From positions 11,212 to 75,211 of the forward strand of contig SYEV01000051.1 of NCBI GenBank assembly GCA_005800655.1: a stretch of 64,000 nt of DNA. The letters are read 5' to 3'. This DNA comes from Bacteroidota bacterium. GTDB lineage: Bacteria > Bacteroidota > Bacteroidia > Chitinophagales > Chitinophagaceae. The notes beneath the pieces were generated by a model, which was not told the DNA's origin, made no database searches, and saw only the letters and a program-made list of their open reading frames with translations. Position 1 is the first letter of the stretch, and the number at the start of each line of letters is the position of its first letter. The translations under genes and the position numbers were made by a program. Positions 61,014-64,000 of this stretch are shown in pieces.

Positions 61014-61050
61014 TTTAATAAAGTCTACTATTTTAGTAGACTTTATTAAA
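61014..61050. promoter_or_regulatory. Perfect palindrome, candidate Rrf2-family operator
   Basis: tttaataaagtctacta-ttt-tagtagactttattaaa over the -33 region of the promoter. Confidence 0.55.
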
Positions 61051-61187
61051 ACTATTTTACGGACTAATTTAATACAAAGAATAACGCAAAATGGCCTTCA
61101 ATATCAAATTTCATGGGGATAGGTATTTTAACCAAAAAATAATTATATTTAACATAGTGCTTATTTTAAAACTAAAACTATTCTCAC

Positions 61188-62498
61188 ATGAACAGCCGAA
61201 GAATCTTTATAAGAAACACCGCCCTGGCTTCAGGAGCATTAATGACTTCAAATATTTTTGCCAATAGTAAAATTTTCAATACCGATACTTTACGTGTTGC
61301 TACCATTGGTGTGAATGGGATGGGATGGGCCAATACCATGGCTGCACTCTCTGTCCCTAACCTTGAAGTGGTTGCTTTATGTGATGTAGATGAAAATGTT
61401 TTAAATAAACGAAAAGCAGAACTTTTAATCAAACAACCAGGCGTTCAAAAAATTGATACCTATAATGATTATAGAAAAATTTTAGACCGAAAAGATATTG
61501 ATATCGTAATTGTAGGTACACCCGATCATTGGCATGCCTTACAAATGATCAATGCTTGTTCTGCAGGAAAACATGTGTATGTTGAAAAGCCTGCAGGTAA
61601 CTCTATTGGCGAGTGTAATGCAATGGTTGCTGCAAAAAATAGGTATAATCGTATTGTGCAAGTAGGCCAATGGCAACGCAGTCAAAAACATTTTAAGGAT
61701 GCATTGGATGTGGTACATTCTGGACAATTAGGTAATATTCGTACTACTAAAGTATGGTGTTATCAGGGTTGGATGCGCCCACAACCAGTGGTAGCGAATA
61801 GTGCGGTGCCTGCAGGGATTGATTATAAAACCTGGTTAGGTCCAGCACCCACTCGTGAATTTAATGCAAGCCGTTTTCATTTTCATTTTAGATGGTTTTG
61901 GGATTATGCAGGTGGCTTGATGACAGATTGGGGCGTGCATCTATTAGATTATGCCATTCAAGGTATGAAAGCAGGTAATCCAAAAAGTGTCAGTGCTTTA
62001 GGGGGCAAATTTGCTTATCCTGAATTAGCGGAAGAAACACCGGACACTTTAACTACTTTATATGAATTTGATAAGTTCAATTTGGTATGGGATTCAGCGA
62101 TGGGTATTGACAATGGCTCTTATGGGCGCGATCACGGTATTGCATTTATTGGCAATAATGGAACATTGATATTAGATCGTGGTGGTTGGGAAGTGATTGA
62201 AGAAAGACAAGCAAAAAATAAAGTGGCTATTGCAAGACATAAAAGTGAGGACAAAGGCGTAGAATTACATTGGTTAAATTTTACCAATGCCATCAGAAAC
62301 AATACACCACAAAGTTTACATTGCTCCATTGAAGATGGTGCACATATTGCGACCATTGCACAAATGGGTAATATTGCTTATCGTTCAGGTAAAAAAGTAA
62401 ACTGGGATGAGAATAAGAATTTATTTACAGATGCTGCCATCAATAAAGAATATTTTACGAAAGCGTATCAAAATGGATATAGCTTACCTAAGATCTAG
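61188..62498 (+). CDS. Gfo/Idh/MocA-family oxidoreductase, Tat-exported
   Basis: SRRIFI signal; GTPDHWH, VEKP, WLGPAP, DWGVH..D. Confidence 0.9.
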   Translation: MNSRRIFIRNTALASGALMTSNIFANSKIFNTDTLRVATIGVNGMGWANTMAALSVPNLEVVALCDVDENVLNKRKAELLIKQPGVQKIDTYNDYRKILDRKDIDIVIVGTPDHWHALQMINACSAGKHVYVEKPAGNSIGECNAMVAAKNRYNRIVQVGQWQRSQKHFKDALDVVHSGQLGNIRTTKVWCYQGWMRPQPVVANSAVPAGIDYKTWLGPAPTREFNASRFHFHFRWFWDYAGGLMTDWGVHLLDYAIQGMKAGNPKSVSALGGKFAYPELAEETPDTLTTLYEFDKFNLVWDSAMGIDNGSYGRDHGIAFIGNNGTLILDRGGWEVIEERQAKNKVAIARHKSEDKGVELHWLNFTNAIRNNTPQSLHCSIEDGAHIATIAQMGNIAYRSGKKVNWDENKNLFTDAAINKEYFTKAYQNGYSLPKI

Positions 62499-62602
62499 TA
62501 ATGTAAATTAAACTTTGGTCATCATGTACTTTAGGTAACAAGCTATATTTGTATACACTAATACGCGAATTATTTTTTAACTTACCTATACAATTATAGT
62601 AT

Positions 62603-63907
62603 ATGGCGAATAGACGCAACTTTATCCAACACCTAGGCTTAATGGCAGGTGCCTTTTCAGCAAATAGTTTATTCAACCAAGCACATGCAGCTGAATTTGA
62701 ACATATCAATTTGCAAAAAAAATTGCTCAGTCCAAAGGAGTTAGCGATGGACGAGGATTATTGGAGTGTCATTCAACAAGGTTACACCGTAAGTCCCTCT
62801 TTGATTAATTTAAACAACGGTGGTGTATGTCCAAGCCCTAGAATTGTGCAAGAAGCAGTAGAAAGATTTAATAAAATGTCCAATGAAGGCCCCTCCTATT
62901 ATATGTGGCGCATACTAGATCAAGGAAGAGAACCCTTAAGATATAAGCTTGCACAATTAGCGGGATGTGATCCTGAAGAAATTGCCATTAATCGTAATGC
63001 AACCGAGGCATTAAATACCGTCATCTTTGGATTAAACTTAAAGGCAGGTGATGAAGTAGTGGGTAGTAAGTTTGATTATCCAAACATGATCAACGCATGG
63101 AAACAAAGAGCATCCAGAGAAGGTATCGTTTATAAGCAACTGGATTTTAAATTCCCAAGCGAAAACGAGGATGAGATGGTGCGTATTTATGAAAATGCAA
63201 TTACACCTAGAACAAAAATATTTCACATCACCCATATGGTGAATTGGGTGGGACAAATTATGCCTGTAAAAAAATTATGTGTATTGGCAAAAAAGCATGG
63301 TATTGAAACAATTGTAGATGGCGCGCATAGTTTTGGATTAATGGACTTTACAATTCCAGAATTAGGTTGTGATTATTTTGGCACTTCATTACATAAATTT
63401 TTATCTGCGCCTATTGGTAGTGGGATGCTTTGGATTAAAAAAGAAAATATAGAAAAAATTTGGCCACTCGTTTGCAATGACAATCCCAAAGGAACCGATA
63501 TTCGTAAGTTTGAAACATTGGGTACCAGAAGCTTTCCCATTGAACAAGGTATTGGCGAAGCCATTAATTTTCATACTGCGATTGGAAGCAAAAGAAAAGA
63601 AGAGCGTATTCGTTACTTAAAAAATTATTGGGCAACAAGAGTGAAAGAGATACCCAAAGTAAAAATTAATACTTCTTTAAAAGATGCATTTTCTTGCGGT
63701 ATATGTGGTGTGAGCATAGATGGTATGACCCCGGGGGAATTAGACAATGCACTGTATACAAATTATAAAATACATACAGTAGGTATTGTATGGGACAATG
63801 TGAGTTGCGTTCGAATAACACCACATGTGTATACTAGAATACAAGATTTAGATAAATTGGTGAACGCGATTGAAGCTATTGCAAAAAAATCCCCTGCAAG
63901 TAAATAA
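62603..63907 (+). CDS. Class V PLP-dependent enzyme (isopenicillin-N-epimerase/cysteine-lyase-like), Tat-exported
   Basis: NRRNFI signal; LNNGG, VDGAH, TSLHKFL (PLP lysine), RITPH. Confidence 0.88.
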   Translation: MANRRNFIQHLGLMAGAFSANSLFNQAHAAEFEHINLQKKLLSPKELAMDEDYWSVIQQGYTVSPSLINLNNGGVCPSPRIVQEAVERFNKMSNEGPSYYMWRILDQGREPLRYKLAQLAGCDPEEIAINRNATEALNTVIFGLNLKAGDEVVGSKFDYPNMINAWKQRASREGIVYKQLDFKFPSENEDEMVRIYENAITPRTKIFHITHMVNWVGQIMPVKKLCVLAKKHGIETIVDGAHSFGLMDFTIPELGCDYFGTSLHKFLSAPIGSGMLWIKKENIEKIWPLVCNDNPKGTDIRKFETLGTRSFPIEQGIGEAINFHTAIGSKRKEERIRYLKNYWATRVKEIPKVKINTSLKDAFSCGICGVSIDGMTPGELDNALYTNYKIHTVGIVWDNVSCVRITPHVYTRIQDLDKLVNAIEAIAKKSPASK

Positions 63908-64000
63908 CTAACAAGGGATTTTACAATTGGGGTTATAACAATAACTTATTTTCTTGCTATTTTAAATGTTTTTGAAAATGACTTGTAAGTTTTACTTACA

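Noticed and set aside
1-64000. CRISPR arrays, IS elements, prophage, rRNA, and the remaining short overlapping ORFs in the track
   Set aside because: No spaced repeats or hallmark genes were seen by eye; the short ORFs overlap well-supported genes and lack motifs.

Overview
AT-rich bacterial chromosomal DNA, most consistent with a Bacteroidota member (probably Chitinophagaceae). The assignment rests on T9SS C-terminal domains, GLPGLI and HmuY genes and TAnnTTTG promoter boxes. The window holds about 52 densely packed genes: secreted hydrolases and peptidases, TonB-dependent receptors, phosphate acquisition genes, a DUF1800/DUF1501 pair, an ECF sigma module and a thiosulfate/persulfide cluster with a TsdA-like cytochrome. 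I saw no CRISPR array, prophage, IS element or rRNA. The two strongest candidates for undescribed biology are (1) a two-gene operon of non-canonical D-Ala-D-Ala-ligase-like ATP-grasp enzymes, the second fused to a complete SET/post-SET methyltransferase domain, and (2) a tRNA-Cys-shaped RNA that lacks U33, the 1:72 pair and U73, and has its own promoter, 3' trailer, terminator and a perfect 17-bp-arm palindrome upstream. Also found were two microproteins missing from the ORF track, an orphan two-hairpin sRNA candidate, a PiT transporter with a large insertion, and four single-base lesions that may be real decay or assembly errors. All family calls come from motif recognition by eye; no database search was run.
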